Below are positions 29,322 to 39,208 of a stretch of DNA of 64,000 nt, piece after piece; position 1 is the first letter of the stretch, and the number at the start of each line of letters is the position of its first letter. Location: the NCBI GenBank assembly GCA_037444485.1, contig JBBIMI010000001.1, positions 32,001 to 96,000 on the forward strand. Direction: 5' to 3'. The DNA comes from Candidatus Micrarchaeota archaeon. Its GTDB lineage: Archaea > Micrarchaeota > Micrarchaeia > Norongarragalinales > Norongarragalinaceae. The notes under the pieces are model-generated. The model was given only the letters and a program-made list of their open reading frames with translations, was not told the DNA's origin and ran no database searches. The translations under genes were made by a program, and so were the position numbers.

Positions 29322-29389
29322 GGAGATTAAATTGGGGTTGAGTGAAAGAAAAAAAATTTTCTTTATTTATTTAGGCTATTTACTGTTTA

Positions 29390-29688
29390 TGCTGAACTCC
29401 AGCGTGGCTGTAGCAAACCAGGAAAACCCGTTTAGAGAAATAACAATGATTTCAATGCTCGTTGCGCCGATTGCTTTCATAATCTGGTTGATTTACAAGA
29501 TTGTGAATCCAGCTGACTCTCGAGCGCTTACAGTAATCAAAGGCAGCTTAATCTGGAGTTTAACAATCTTTTTAGGTTCCTCGCTTTACAACATTACTGT
29601 TTGGAAACCACGATTCCCAATAACACCAGACTACGTTTACCGAGTTGATTCAATGGGCTTTAATCACATTTCCAGCAAGCGCTTTTAG
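29390..29688 (+). CDS. Small membrane protein
   Basis: Two hydrophobic segments; start uncertain. Confidence 0.45.
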
Positions 29689-29747
29689 CCGCGCTTGAAA
29701 TCAAAATACTTAAAGCCAGTAAACAAGTTAAAAACAAAAAAAAGAAA

Positions 29748-30920
29748 GTGAAACTCATGCGCAAGGTTTCAGTAATAGGGGCTGCTTACACAAAGTTCGG
29801 CGAACACTGGGAAAAAAGCTTTAGAGAACTCGCCGTCGAGGCGGGCGTAAAAGCACTGCAAGACGCGCACATGGAAGGCAAAGACATTCAAGCGCTTTAC
29901 GGCGCCAGCATGGCCAGCGGCACGTTTATCGGACAAGAACACGTTGGCGCGCTCTTAGCAGACCAAATGGGTTTAAACCCGATTCCAGCAATACGTTGTG
30001 AAGCTGCCTGCGCCAGCGGCGGCGTTGCGTTCAGGCAAGCTTACCTCGCGGTTGCAAGCGGTGCTTACGACATCGTCGCAGTCGGAGGCGTCGAGAAAAT
30101 GACTGACGTCAGCGTCGAAGAAGCCGCAACTGCGCTTGGAGGCGCGGGCGATCAAGAATGGGAATTGTTTTACGGCGCTACTTTTCCAGCGATTTACGCG
30201 TTAATGGCGCAAAAATACTTGCACGATTTTAATGCGAAAGAAGAAGAATTCGCTGCAGTAGCAGTCAAAAACCACTACAACGGCGCGAGAAACCCGCTAG
30301 CACAATACCAGAAAGAAATCACTATCGAAGACGTCATGAACTCGGGCTACATCGCCACACCACTCAAACTACTCGACTGTTCACCAATCACTGACGGCGC
30401 TGCCGCAGTCATCCTTTGCGCTTCAGAACACGCAAAGAAATACACCGACCAACCAATCGAAATAATCGCGAGCGCGCAAGCCAGCGACACGCTCGCGCTT
30501 GCAAGCAGGCACTGCCTCACAGAACTCCATGCTACTAAAGTAGCCGCGAGAGAAGCATTCAAGCAAGCCCGCCTCACGCCAAAAGACATTGACGCAGCCG
30601 AAGTACACGATTGCTTCACGTCCGCGGAAGTGATGGCGATCGAAGACTTAGGATTCTTCGAGAAAGGCAAAGGCGCGAAAGCAACTAGCGACGGCGCGAC
30701 TGCATTAAACGCAGAAATCTCAGTCAACACCAGCGGCGGCTTGAAAAGCTGCGGCCACCCAGTTGCCGCAACCGGCATCAAGCAAGTATGCGAAATCGTG
30801 GAACAACTCCGCGGCGGCGCGAAAGAAAGACAAGTAAGCGGCGCGGAAATAGGCTTGACTCACAACGTTGGGGGCAGTGGCGCGACTGCGGTTGTCCACA
30901 TATTCAAGAGAGGGGATTAA
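29748..30920 (+). CDS. Acetyl-CoA acetyltransferase (archaeal thiolase)
   Basis: EAACASG, GVEKM, EVHDCF, SGGLKSCGHP, HNVGGSG. Confidence 0.93.
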   Translation: MKLMRKVSVIGAAYTKFGEHWEKSFRELAVEAGVKALQDAHMEGKDIQALYGASMASGTFIGQEHVGALLADQMGLNPIPAIRCEAACASGGVAFRQAYLAVASGAYDIVAVGGVEKMTDVSVEEAATALGGAGDQEWELFYGATFPAIYALMAQKYLHDFNAKEEEFAAVAVKNHYNGARNPLAQYQKEITIEDVMNSGYIATPLKLLDCSPITDGAAAVILCASEHAKKYTDQPIEIIASAQASDTLALASRHCLTELHATKVAAREAFKQARLTPKDIDAAEVHDCFTSAEVMAIEDLGFFEKGKGAKATSDGATALNAEISVNTSGGLKSCGHPVAATGIKQVCEIVEQLRGGAKERQVSGAEIGLTHNVGGSGATAVVHIFKRGD

Positions 30921-30921
30921 A

Positions 30922-31323
30922 ATTAGGCATGCTTTACCGTTGATTTGGCGCAGGATTCCAGAACGCTACAACCTACTCGGCTCAACATGCCAAAACTGCG
31001 GCGTTTCTTACTATCCTGAACGCAAGATCTGTCCCAAATGCAGACGCCACGGAAAACTCGTTAAACAAAAAATGCCTCGTGAAGGCAAGATCGTCAGTTA
31101 CACTCAAGTGCATGCTGCTCCAAAAGGCTTCGAGCACGAAACGCCTTACTGGCTGGCAATCGTAGAACTCGACAACGGCGCCAAACTAATGGCGCAAATC
31201 GTGGACTCGCCGAAAGAAAAAATCGTTGAAGGCGCGCGCGTGCAAGCCTGCTTCCGCAAAATATTTGAAGATAACGAAGAAGGCGCGATCGCTTACGGAT
31301 ACAAGTTTAAAGTCGTTTACTAA
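30922..31323 (+). CDS. DUF35 Zn-ribbon/OB-fold protein (thiolase-HMGS scaffold)
   Basis: WRRIPERYNL, CQNC..CPKC, GKIVSYT, YGYKF; start uncertain (ATT 30922 or TTG 30940). Confidence 0.88.
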   Translation: MRHALPLIWRRIPERYNLLGSTCQNCGVSYYPERKICPKCRRHGKLVKQKMPREGKIVSYTQVHAAPKGFEHETPYWLAIVELDNGAKLMAQIVDSPKEKIVEGARVQACFRKIFEDNEEGAIAYGYKFKVVY

Positions 31324-31357
31324 GCTTATTTTTAAATCCGTGGGAGAATAGAAAATT

Positions 31358-32131
31358 ATGAATGGCAAGGAAAAACGGCCAATCCTACTTGAGCTTGATG
31401 CGGTGCACCCTTGCTGGTGTATCGAGTCTATCAACAAGGTTGAAGGCGCGCAAATAAGCTTAGTCTCTCCTCTTGTTTCTGAAAAAGACGTTTCCTGCGG
31501 TTATTATGAATTAAACGCGCCGAACGTCGACTTGTTTATTGACACGTTGAAAAAACATCCTTGGGTTAAAGAAATCCTTGTAATCGAGAAAACAAAAAAC
31601 CATGCTTTCGCGCTGATAAGGTCGCAGCATGATAAGCTAATGATAGAAACAATGGTTAAAACCGGCGCTCTGCCGCTAGAGCCTACGCTCACGAAAAGCG
31701 GTTTCGACACCGTAGCGTTAATCGTGCCAGACGACAAGACGCTTCGCGTGCTGGCCAGCGCATTGAAAGAGAATTTCGAGTACAAAATTCGGTTTAAAAA
31801 ATATTTAGTGAAAGAAAAAAAAGTTGGTGGAGAAAGATTTGGCGGTACAGGATTGTTTTCGTCAACCGACTTCTTGAAATTGAAGCTTGCAACAGAAAGC
31901 CTCTCACCAAAACAACGCGAGGCTGTTATGCTGGCTTCAGAAAAAGGCTATTGGGCAACTCCAAAACGCGTTGATCTAGAAGAACTCGCACGCCTTGCTG
32001 GCATAAATAAAGCGACATTCAGCGAACACTTGCGTAAAGCTGAAATAAAACTACTTCCGATCATTGCAGACTTGCTGAAAAAACTCGTCTTTAAAAATCC
32101 ACCAGCCAGCGCTGGCGCAAGACCAATATAG
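31358..32131 (+). CDS. Bacterio-opsin activator (HTH_10) type transcriptional regulator
   Basis: LSPKQREAV..A...GYW..PKR..LEELA...GI.KATFSEHLRKAE. Confidence 0.85.
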   Translation: MNGKEKRPILLELDAVHPCWCIESINKVEGAQISLVSPLVSEKDVSCGYYELNAPNVDLFIDTLKKHPWVKEILVIEKTKNHAFALIRSQHDKLMIETMVKTGALPLEPTLTKSGFDTVALIVPDDKTLRVLASALKENFEYKIRFKKYLVKEKKVGGERFGGTGLFSSTDFLKLKLATESLSPKQREAVMLASEKGYWATPKRVDLEELARLAGINKATFSEHLRKAEIKLLPIIADLLKKLVFKNPPASAGARPI

Positions 32132-32153
32132 GGCCACACACACTAATTTAGTT

Positions 32154-33701
32154 ATGGAAGCAAGTCAACCAAAGCACTTCAGCGACGGCGACGAGTGGAT
32201 GCTAGCTGAAGCCTTTCCAGGCATCGATTTTTTCTTTAGTCAAATTTTCTTGCATGCATTCGTCAACGACTTAGAAAACAGTGTTGGACGTAATTATTCG
32301 AAGGTTCTTGCAGTGTTCGATGGAAGCAAGGGATACCACATAGCTTTTTATTACGGCAAGCACGATTGTCTAGAGTTCACGCGGCACGTGCTCAACAAAA
32401 TTGTTGCGGTCCCTTCATTCGGCGATGAAATAAACGCTAAAATCCGCCGCTACTCCGACGAGCTCGTGCAGCACGCTGCCAGCATCGCAAATCAAAACTT
32501 AGCATCTAAAACCAACGCTGAACTGTGGGAAATATTAAAAGAACACGTCGAACGGCACACGAAGCTCTACGAGTGGGGCTGGCTGTCAAACGCTACTGAC
32601 ATGTTCTACCCCGAATACACGGATTACTTGAAGAATTACTTGCGCTCGAAAACAAACTCAGAAGAGCAAATTAACCAGTTGCTCGTGGCACTCACTGCAC
32701 CTGAAGAAAAAAGCGAGGAAGCCAAACAACAAGAAGAATTCCTGCGCCTAGCCGCGCGGTTGTGGGAAGACAACTACCACCGCGAGCTGATAGCGAAAGC
32801 AAGCGAAAGCGAAATAATCGCTAGGTTAAAACCGTGGGCTAAGCAAGCGCTAGAGGAATTCCACGCGAAGTACGGCGTAATCGGCGCGCTCTACGTAGGC
32901 GAGCCTTTCACGCTTGAACACTACGCATTAGAATTAAAACACTTATTTGCGAAAGGAGTCAGCCCACGCGAAGAGCTTGCCGCGCTCGATTCAGCGCTTG
33001 AAAAACGTGCGTTGGAAAAGCAAAGGCTATTGCACGAGCTTGAAGTGGATGAAAAGCACACGCGCTTGTTCGCAGTTTACGCTGGCTTCATGCTCACTAA
33101 ATTTTACCGGCGCTACGCGCAAATCAGAGCGCTTTACGCGATGCGGAGTGTATTAAAGGAAATTGCCCGTCGTTTTGGAATCACGTTGAAACAAGCGCGT
33201 TTTATGTTAACGCCAGAATACAAGCAACTACTCACGCAAGGTGGCTTTAACTTGATGCAATTGCGTGAGCGCGAGAAATTCTGCGTTCTTTACTCCGAGA
33301 AAGACTTCGACAAAATCTTTGTAGGTAAAGAAGCGCGAAAGCTTGCCCCCAGCGCTGAGGAAAAACACGACGCCGAAGTGAAAGAACTGCGGGGGCAATG
33401 CGCTCGCGTAGGCAGCGCGCGGGGGCGCGTTAAAATAATTTTGAGTACAGCCGACTTGCCTAAAATGAGGCAAGGTGACGTGCTTGTTGCAATCGCAACG
33501 AATCCTGATGTTGTGCCAGCAATGAAGAAAGCAAGCGCGATTGTAACTGAACAAGGTGGCGTGACTTGCCATGCGGCGATTGTTTCCCGCGAACTAGGAA
33601 TTCCTTGTGTAATTGGAACGAAGGTTGCGACGAAAGTTTTAAAAGATGGTGATTTTGTGGAAGTAGACGCAACGAAGGGCATTGTAAGAAAAGTTGCTTA
33701 G
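32154..33701 (+). CDS. PEP-utilising enzyme mobile (phospho-His swivel) domain protein
   Basis: C-terminal GDVLVA..TNPD, TEQGGVTCHAAIVSRELGIPCVIG, VDATKG; large helical N-terminal part. Confidence 0.8.
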   Translation: MEASQPKHFSDGDEWMLAEAFPGIDFFFSQIFLHAFVNDLENSVGRNYSKVLAVFDGSKGYHIAFYYGKHDCLEFTRHVLNKIVAVPSFGDEINAKIRRYSDELVQHAASIANQNLASKTNAELWEILKEHVERHTKLYEWGWLSNATDMFYPEYTDYLKNYLRSKTNSEEQINQLLVALTAPEEKSEEAKQQEEFLRLAARLWEDNYHRELIAKASESEIIARLKPWAKQALEEFHAKYGVIGALYVGEPFTLEHYALELKHLFAKGVSPREELAALDSALEKRALEKQRLLHELEVDEKHTRLFAVYAGFMLTKFYRRYAQIRALYAMRSVLKEIARRFGITLKQARFMLTPEYKQLLTQGGFNLMQLREREKFCVLYSEKDFDKIFVGKEARKLAPSAEEKHDAEVKELRGQCARVGSARGRVKIILSTADLPKMRQGDVLVAIATNPDVVPAMKKASAIVTEQGGVTCHAAIVSRELGIPCVIGTKVATKVLKDGDFVEVDATKGIVRKVA

Positions 33702-33747
33702 AGCTTCTTTTCTTTTGATACATGGTAGAAGCAAATTGCAGTAAAGC

Positions 33748-34890
33748 CTATTTGAATTCAGTTAAGCGCTTTTGTCTTAAAATCCTGCTTTTGGCAAGAT
33801 AGGCTTCAAGCGGATTCTTCAAACGCTTTTCTAATTCACTCAAAGCCTCTTTCAAAAAAGAAAACTTTAAGGATTTTCCTTTGAACGCGCGGCGAACGTT
33901 TTCCCTAACCTGCCAAACCCCGAGAGGAATCGCGTAGCCTTCACCAATTTCTCGAAAAACAACGACTCGCGCCTGCAACCGCATTTTATGTAAAGCTTCA
34001 ACAACTGCAAAGCGTCCAGCATAATAGCCGCCGCCTTCGCTTTCAGCATAATCGCTTCTTCCCTCGAAAGGCTCGTACTCGTGCGCGATTCCCAGCGCGC
34101 TCGCTGCTTCAGGCGAAAACCAAGCCTCGAATTGCTCGAACTCCCACTTGCCTGGCACTAACAAAATTTCGAAGTGATTGTAAAGAAACTCGCTCGAATA
34201 AATGCGGACCTCACTCAATTCAGGAAAACCACGCACTTCACTCAAAAAAAAGTCTGCAAGCATCTTGTCGGTGGCAGTAATCCCCCACTTTGTTGGAACA
34301 AGTTTTTTCTCTCTCCCAAGAATCCCGGCTGAAAGCAACTTTTGTACGTAATAAAAATCGAGTCCAGCACTCACGAGTTCTGGAAGCGCCTCGCGAACCA
34401 ACAACTGGTCTTCAACAATCGAATCAATTTTCTTTGGAATGCTTGGGTTTCCTGCAATCCGCAGCGACTCGACCTCACCAGCAGGCCCCATCGGCTGAAC
34501 CCACTGCGAGAAAGTTACTTCTCCCCGCAGCGGCTTCTCGAATTCAACCTCCAAATCAACTGGTTTAGTCGAAAGCACTACATCCTGGATTTCGGTGAAA
34601 AAACGCTCAGGACGTTTAACGTTCTGCCTATTCGCTCCACGAGCCAACGAAGAACGAAACTCGACGAGTTCAGAATAAGGCCTGCCGAACCACTTGCCAG
34701 GCGAATCACATAATTCGGCGTCTACTTCGTCATCAAAACCCACTAACGGGCCTGCTGAGACATTGGGGTAATTGTTGTGACCAACAAAAACGTTCGGCGG
34801 GCTGGGCCCAAAAACGCTTTTCACGCTCTTAAAAGGCAACGGGTAAAGTAGCTTTAACTCTTCAACCCGCTCTCTAGAAGAAAAAACCAT
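33748..34890 (-). CDS. Nre-family DNA repair protein
   Basis: SPPNVFVG..NYP, LVPTKWGITATD, GGYYAGR, PLGVWQVRE, C-terminal PIP box QKRLTEF. Confidence 0.88.
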   Translation of the reverse strand: MVFSSRERVEELKLLYPLPFKSVKSVFGPSPPNVFVGHNNYPNVSAGPLVGFDDEVDAELCDSPGKWFGRPYSELVEFRSSLARGANRQNVKRPERFFTEIQDVVLSTKPVDLEVEFEKPLRGEVTFSQWVQPMGPAGEVESLRIAGNPSIPKKIDSIVEDQLLVREALPELVSAGLDFYYVQKLLSAGILGREKKLVPTKWGITATDKMLADFFLSEVRGFPELSEVRIYSSEFLYNHFEILLVPGKWEFEQFEAWFSPEAASALGIAHEYEPFEGRSDYAESEGGGYYAGRFAVVEALHKMRLQARVVVFREIGEGYAIPLGVWQVRENVRRAFKGKSLKFSFLKEALSELEKRLKNPLEAYLAKSRILRQKRLTEFK

Positions 34891-35208
34891 TTTTACCGCT
34901 AAAGTAGTGAGAAAACCTAGTTTAAAAAAGCATTCAAACCCTCCTGCCAGTGAAAACACCAGAATGCCCCTAATAGATATCACATAAATATCTTTCAAAT
35001 ACCTCTTACAACTCATTAAAGAACTAGAATTGTATTATAAAAGGCTTTTAGGAGACTTTTAATCTACCTCTTTATGTAACTATTTGTTTTAACTATTTGT
35101 CACTTACACCGCGTAAACGGCACCGAAAGGTTTAAATATGGCTTTTGCGTTGTTTGTAGACTGCTTTGAGGCAGACTGGCTTGAAAACAGGGTTTGTGGG
35201 GGTGTGAA

Positions 35209-36387
35209 GTGACTGAAGTTTTTGAAGCAAAAGAAAAGCTCTTGAAAGAATTAGGGTGGTCTGAAAACCCGTTCGTCAAAGACCTGCGTACGAGTGATAA
35301 GGAGAGCTTTCTCAAATATTACAGGCCATTCGAAGCCGCTACAATACTTCAAAAAATGGCTTTCGATTCTAAAGCCTGCCTATTGCTCGGGCCCAAGGGA
35401 GTTGGAAAAACGTCTGCATTATACTATGTTTTATACTCCCTGCCTGTAGAAGAGTTCGACGTAGTTTTTTTGAAGGAACCGCCGCAGAATTTGATGGGAT
35501 TAGCTGGCGAACTAGGATATCCAACAAGGGGTGGTTTCGTAGAATCTATTTTAAGTGTTTTCGGCCGAACGCGTGAAAAAACTGTTTCCCGCGCCGAGTT
35601 AATAGATTGGTTAAAAAAACGAGGCAAGAAACTGGCGCTTTTCGTTGACGAAGCGCATTTGGAAAAGAACCCGGAAATGTTCATGGAATTCAAGTACCTG
35701 CTCGACGACGTGCCAAACCTGCGCATGATTATTTGCGCTCTAGGCAAGGAAGGATTTCCGGACTCGCTGATTCAACTTATAGGCGAGAATAACGTGTTCC
35801 AGCGAAAGGGATTCGATGAAAAGGAAATGATTGAAATCATTAGTCATCGCATTTCCGCAGTTGGGGGAACAGGCTTGAAGCCTTTTCCAGAAGCTTTTTT
35901 GAAGGAAGTCTTCAGCGACCGCAACCTTCTCTCACCACGCTACGTGTTCGACGAGCTTAACGCGTTTCTCGCGAGCCTCGCACTCGGTAAAAGCAAGTGG
36001 AAAGGCGCTGTAGAATACGCGAACGACCCAATCGTGCAAGCAGCCATCGCGCGTTCGCTGGAGGAAGAACGCGAAGCCAAAATAACTACTAGTCACGCTG
36101 ATTGGTGGGTGCTCTTGACTCCGTCTCAGAAAACAGTGTTGGAAACGTTGTTGAAGGCTGGAGGTAAGGGCTTGACTCTAAGCGACATTCGTGCTCAGAC
36201 TAAGCTCAGCGAGAATACTGCCTTCAATGCACTCTACCAACTCCGCGGTGACGATGAAGCTGAGAAGAAAAGAAAACCGGAAGTGCCGTTCCCGCTAGTA
36301 CGGGTGCAAACTCGCCTGGTGGGCGGCAAGAAAAAAAACGTTTACGCGGTCGACGAGAAAATTAAAAACTTGTTTACAATGAGTTGA
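35209..36387 (+). CDS. AAA+ ATPase (ExeA/GspA-like) with C-terminal winged helix
   Basis: LGWSENPF, GPKGVGKT, LFVDEAH; LTPSQKTVL...LTLSDI...LSENTAFNAL. Confidence 0.75.
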   Translation: MTEVFEAKEKLLKELGWSENPFVKDLRTSDKESFLKYYRPFEAATILQKMAFDSKACLLLGPKGVGKTSALYYVLYSLPVEEFDVVFLKEPPQNLMGLAGELGYPTRGGFVESILSVFGRTREKTVSRAELIDWLKKRGKKLALFVDEAHLEKNPEMFMEFKYLLDDVPNLRMIICALGKEGFPDSLIQLIGENNVFQRKGFDEKEMIEIISHRISAVGGTGLKPFPEAFLKEVFSDRNLLSPRYVFDELNAFLASLALGKSKWKGAVEYANDPIVQAAIARSLEEEREAKITTSHADWWVLLTPSQKTVLETLLKAGGKGLTLSDIRAQTKLSENTAFNALYQLRGDDEAEKKRKPEVPFPLVRVQTRLVGGKKKNVYAVDEKIKNLFTMS

Positions 36388-36440
36388 CGTTTAAACATTC
36401 AAGCTTGCATTCTTGGTTTTGGATTCTAGGAGGTGGAAAA

Positions 36441-36593
36441 ATGGATTACGGCGAAAAAACTATTGCTGAAGTCTTTAGAGAACTCGCTGCAAGCAACGCT
36501 GCCTTCAAATTCGCTGCTCGAGGCGACAACGTTAAAGTAAGCGTGGACGGACTGCATTCCGCATTAGTTCGCCGCATTAGTGTCCGTTATTAG
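36441..36593 (+). CDS. Small hypothetical protein (50 aa)
   Basis: Strong SD GGAGGTGG before ATG. Confidence 0.5.
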   Translation: MDYGEKTIAEVFRELAASNAAFKFAARGDNVKVSVDGLHSALVRRISVRY

Positions 36594-36638
36594 GCGTTTG
36601 TTATAGTTGTTTGTTATAGTTGGTGGGGGTGAAGTTGA

Positions 36639-36875
36639 TTGACTTCAAAAGTGTTTTCGTTGTACGACGCTGACAAACTCTTGCGTCAAGCAGGCGCGGA
36701 ACGCGTGGACGAGAAAGCGAGCAAGAAGCTTTGCGAGTTGCTTGAAGATTCTGGAAAAGAAATCATGCTTAAAGCGCGCGTGTACGCGCGGCACGCCGGT
36801 AGAAAAGAAATCACTAAAAACGACGTTTTCCTTGCTGCTGGAATGCTGCAAGAAGTTTTAACAACGCGGGTTTGA
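36639..36875 (+). CDS. Archaeal histone
   Basis: LLRQAGAERV, ARHAGRKEITKNDV histone-fold signature. Confidence 0.9.
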   Translation: MTSKVFSLYDADKLLRQAGAERVDEKASKKLCELLEDSGKEIMLKARVYARHAGRKEITKNDVFLAAGMLQEVLTTRV

Positions 36876-37131
36876 TGGCGCGAGTTTTTGTTGGTTTGTT
36901 TTTTGTTGGACGTGATTTTGCTGGTTTAAGCGGTTCAGGGTGGGTTGAATCTAATTCTGTTGAACCGCTTGCTTTCAGGCAAAAAAAAGCCTTTTGAGCG
37001 GGCGTTTCTGTCCGCTCCTCATTCTTTTCACCTCTAAAAACTTGTTTACAAGCACAAACAAAAAGGTATAAATATAGTATTGCATAGTATTGACGTTTGT
37101 TGTGCTCTTGAATTGTTTTTGGGTGTTTTGA

Positions 37132-37287
37132 GTGGTTGAAGTGCTTATAGTTAAACTGCCTGATGGCACGAAGGCTGCGTTGAAGAAGGTGGCGCAGGAC
37201 GGCGGGTACATGCACTTGAGTGATTTGGTGCGTGACTGGATTCGGCAGGGTTTGATGGCTGCAAAAAGTAAAGGATTAAACAGGTAA
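37132..37287 (+). CDS. CopG-like ribbon-helix-helix protein (51 aa, not in ORF track)
   Basis: MVEVLIVKLPDGTKAALKKVAQDGGYMHLSDLVRDWIRQGL: beta strand plus two helices, with the G-Y-x-x-x-S-D-x-V-R pattern. Confidence 0.75.
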   Translation: MVEVLIVKLPDGTKAALKKVAQDGGYMHLSDLVRDWIRQGLMAAKSKGLNR

Positions 37288-37482
37288 AACAAACAAGACT
37301 GAAGGCGCGAGCGTTACGCGCTCGCGCAGTCTCTCGAGTATTTCGCCGACTTTTCTAGCGAGTATTAGAGCTTGTTTTTGCATGCGGTGATGCTGCAGAA
37401 AATAAAAAAATTTTTTTTCGCTTATAGTTTTTTCGTTTTATTGTTTTAGTTCGTTTTATTGTTTTTTTAGTGAAAACTCGGC

Positions 37483-38886
37483 TTAAACGCGGTATTCTTT
37501 GCCGAGGCTCGGTACGAAGACTTCGATTTGCTTTTTTTGTGATGTAGCCCATTCTTCGATTGCTTCAGCGAGCTCGAAGGGTTTTGTTGCTTCGCCGTGT
37601 ATGACGAACACTTTCTTCAAGCCTTGAGTGCTTTTAACGAAAGCCATTAATTCGTTGAAATCGCTGTGCGCGCTGATTGGCGCTTGAACGACTTCGAGAT
37701 TCATCTGAAAAACCTCGTCGTCGAACTTTAATTCTTTCGCGCCGTCCAACAACTCGCGTCCGCGAGTGCCTTTTGCTTGGTAGCCGACGAAGATAATCTT
37801 GTTCTTCGGGTCTGCACCCAAGTGTTTTAAGTACGTGAGTACGGGTCCGCCGTTAAGCATCCCGCTTGTCGTGACTATGATGGCTTTGTCTTGCGCTAGC
37901 ACGTCGCTGCGGTCTCTCGTTTCCGGATAGTAATAGAACTTGCTTTTGAACGGGTCATCTTCGCTTGTAAGGATTCGGTGTTGGACTTCGCGTTTTAAGT
38001 AAATCGCGTTATGCCTGTAAATGCGGAGGACTTTCTTGATCATGCCGTCTATGTAGATTGGTGCTTCTGGAATCGCGCCTGAACGCATGAAGTTTTCGAG
38101 CGCGAACAAGATTTCTTGTCCGCGTCCGATTCCGAATGTCGGTATTATTACTTTTCCGCCTTTCTTGAAGGTTTCCTTAATGCTTTCAGAGAGAATGCGG
38201 CCGGATTCCTTGAGTGAAGGGTGCTTGTCTGCTTTGCTGCCGTAAGTGCTTTCTATGATAAGCGCGTCGGCTGTCAGATTCGGTTTAGCGCCTTCAAGCA
38301 ATCGGGTGGCGCGCAAGTTCAAGTCTCCAGTGTAAAGCAGTTTCTTGCCGTTCGCGCGGATTTCAATCATCGCGCTGCCTAGAATGTGGCCAGCGTCGTG
38401 AAACGCGATTTCGTAACCTTTAGACAGTTGATGCTGGCGGCGGCGTTCGCGGCCGGCCTCGTTTTGCTGTTGTTGTGCTCGCGTTGAAGCAGGCCGTCCG
38501 TCGGCTTCAACTATCTCTGTGTTCACCAAAAGCATTTTTACGTCCTCCTGCCTGTAAGGTGAAGCGTGTTGGTTGATGCGTAAGTAATCCGCTAGAAGAA
38601 CTTGAATCAAATCCCGCGTTGGCTTCGTCAAAAACGTTTTGCCGCGAAAACCAGCTTCGTATAACGCGGGAAGAAAGCCACTGTGGTCTAAGTGCGCGTG
38701 CGTCAACGCGACTGCGTCAAGCGAACGCATTTGCTTTTCTTCGAGCAGCGGGTGTTCTTCTTCGTCTTCCTCGAGCTTAATGCCGCAGTCGAGCAGAACG
38801 CGTTTCGTTCTTGAACTGTTCTGGGTTTCGACTAGGATGCTGGAGCGTCCGATTTCTCGGGCTCCGCCTAAAAAGTATAATTTCAA
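37483..38886 (-). CDS. MBL-fold beta-CASP ribonuclease (no KH domains)
   Basis: LGGAREIGRS, THAHLDHSG, AGHILGSA, ESTYG, SGMLNGG, GYQA.GT.GR, SAHSD, HGE. Confidence 0.92.
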   Translation of the reverse strand: MKLYFLGGAREIGRSSILVETQNSSRTKRVLLDCGIKLEEDEEEHPLLEEKQMRSLDAVALTHAHLDHSGFLPALYEAGFRGKTFLTKPTRDLIQVLLADYLRINQHASPYRQEDVKMLLVNTEIVEADGRPASTRAQQQQNEAGRERRRQHQLSKGYEIAFHDAGHILGSAMIEIRANGKKLLYTGDLNLRATRLLEGAKPNLTADALIIESTYGSKADKHPSLKESGRILSESIKETFKKGGKVIIPTFGIGRGQEILFALENFMRSGAIPEAPIYIDGMIKKVLRIYRHNAIYLKREVQHRILTSEDDPFKSKFYYYPETRDRSDVLAQDKAIIVTTSGMLNGGPVLTYLKHLGADPKNKIIFVGYQAKGTRGRELLDGAKELKFDDEVFQMNLEVVQAPISAHSDFNELMAFVKSTQGLKKVFVIHGEATKPFELAEAIEEWATSQKKQIEVFVPSLGKEYRV

Positions 38887-39208
38887 CTATTAAAACACTT
38901 TTTCAAATTTTAAACTCTTGAATTGCTTGCTCGGTTTTTCGCTTGCTCAGTTTTCGTCCGTCTCCGGCGGAAACAAGCTCTTTTCCGCAAAGAAGCTTGT
39001 TTTCGCAACTAGGAGACTAATCGAAAAAAGAATTGCAAGTATTACGTGTCGATAGGAGTATATAAACCAACCCCAGTTCGCCGATTAACGGTGCAGTTCT
39101 TTTTTTCGCGTTTGACCGCGCGCGACGCGCGTTTAGCGTTCACCGAGTTTTTTATTCCAGCGTAGTCATAATACTAAGGGAGTTGTTGCATACTAACAGG
39201 GTTATTGC

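Noticed and set aside
30916..30942. Non-canonical ATT start for DUF35
   Set aside because: An in-frame TTG at 30940 is an adequate alternative, so this cannot be decided from sequence.
35209..36387. Orc1/Cdc6 call
   Set aside because: The motifs (ENPF, DEAH, HRISAVG) fit ExeA-like ATPases better than Cdc6.
38430..38505. In-frame Q/R-rich insert in the beta-CASP gene as another intron
   Set aside because: The frame is preserved and no convincing BHB was found; more likely a low-complexity loop.
38967..39006. Hairpin upstream of the beta-CASP gene as a riboswitch
   Set aside because: A single stem-loop with no recognisable aptamer motif.
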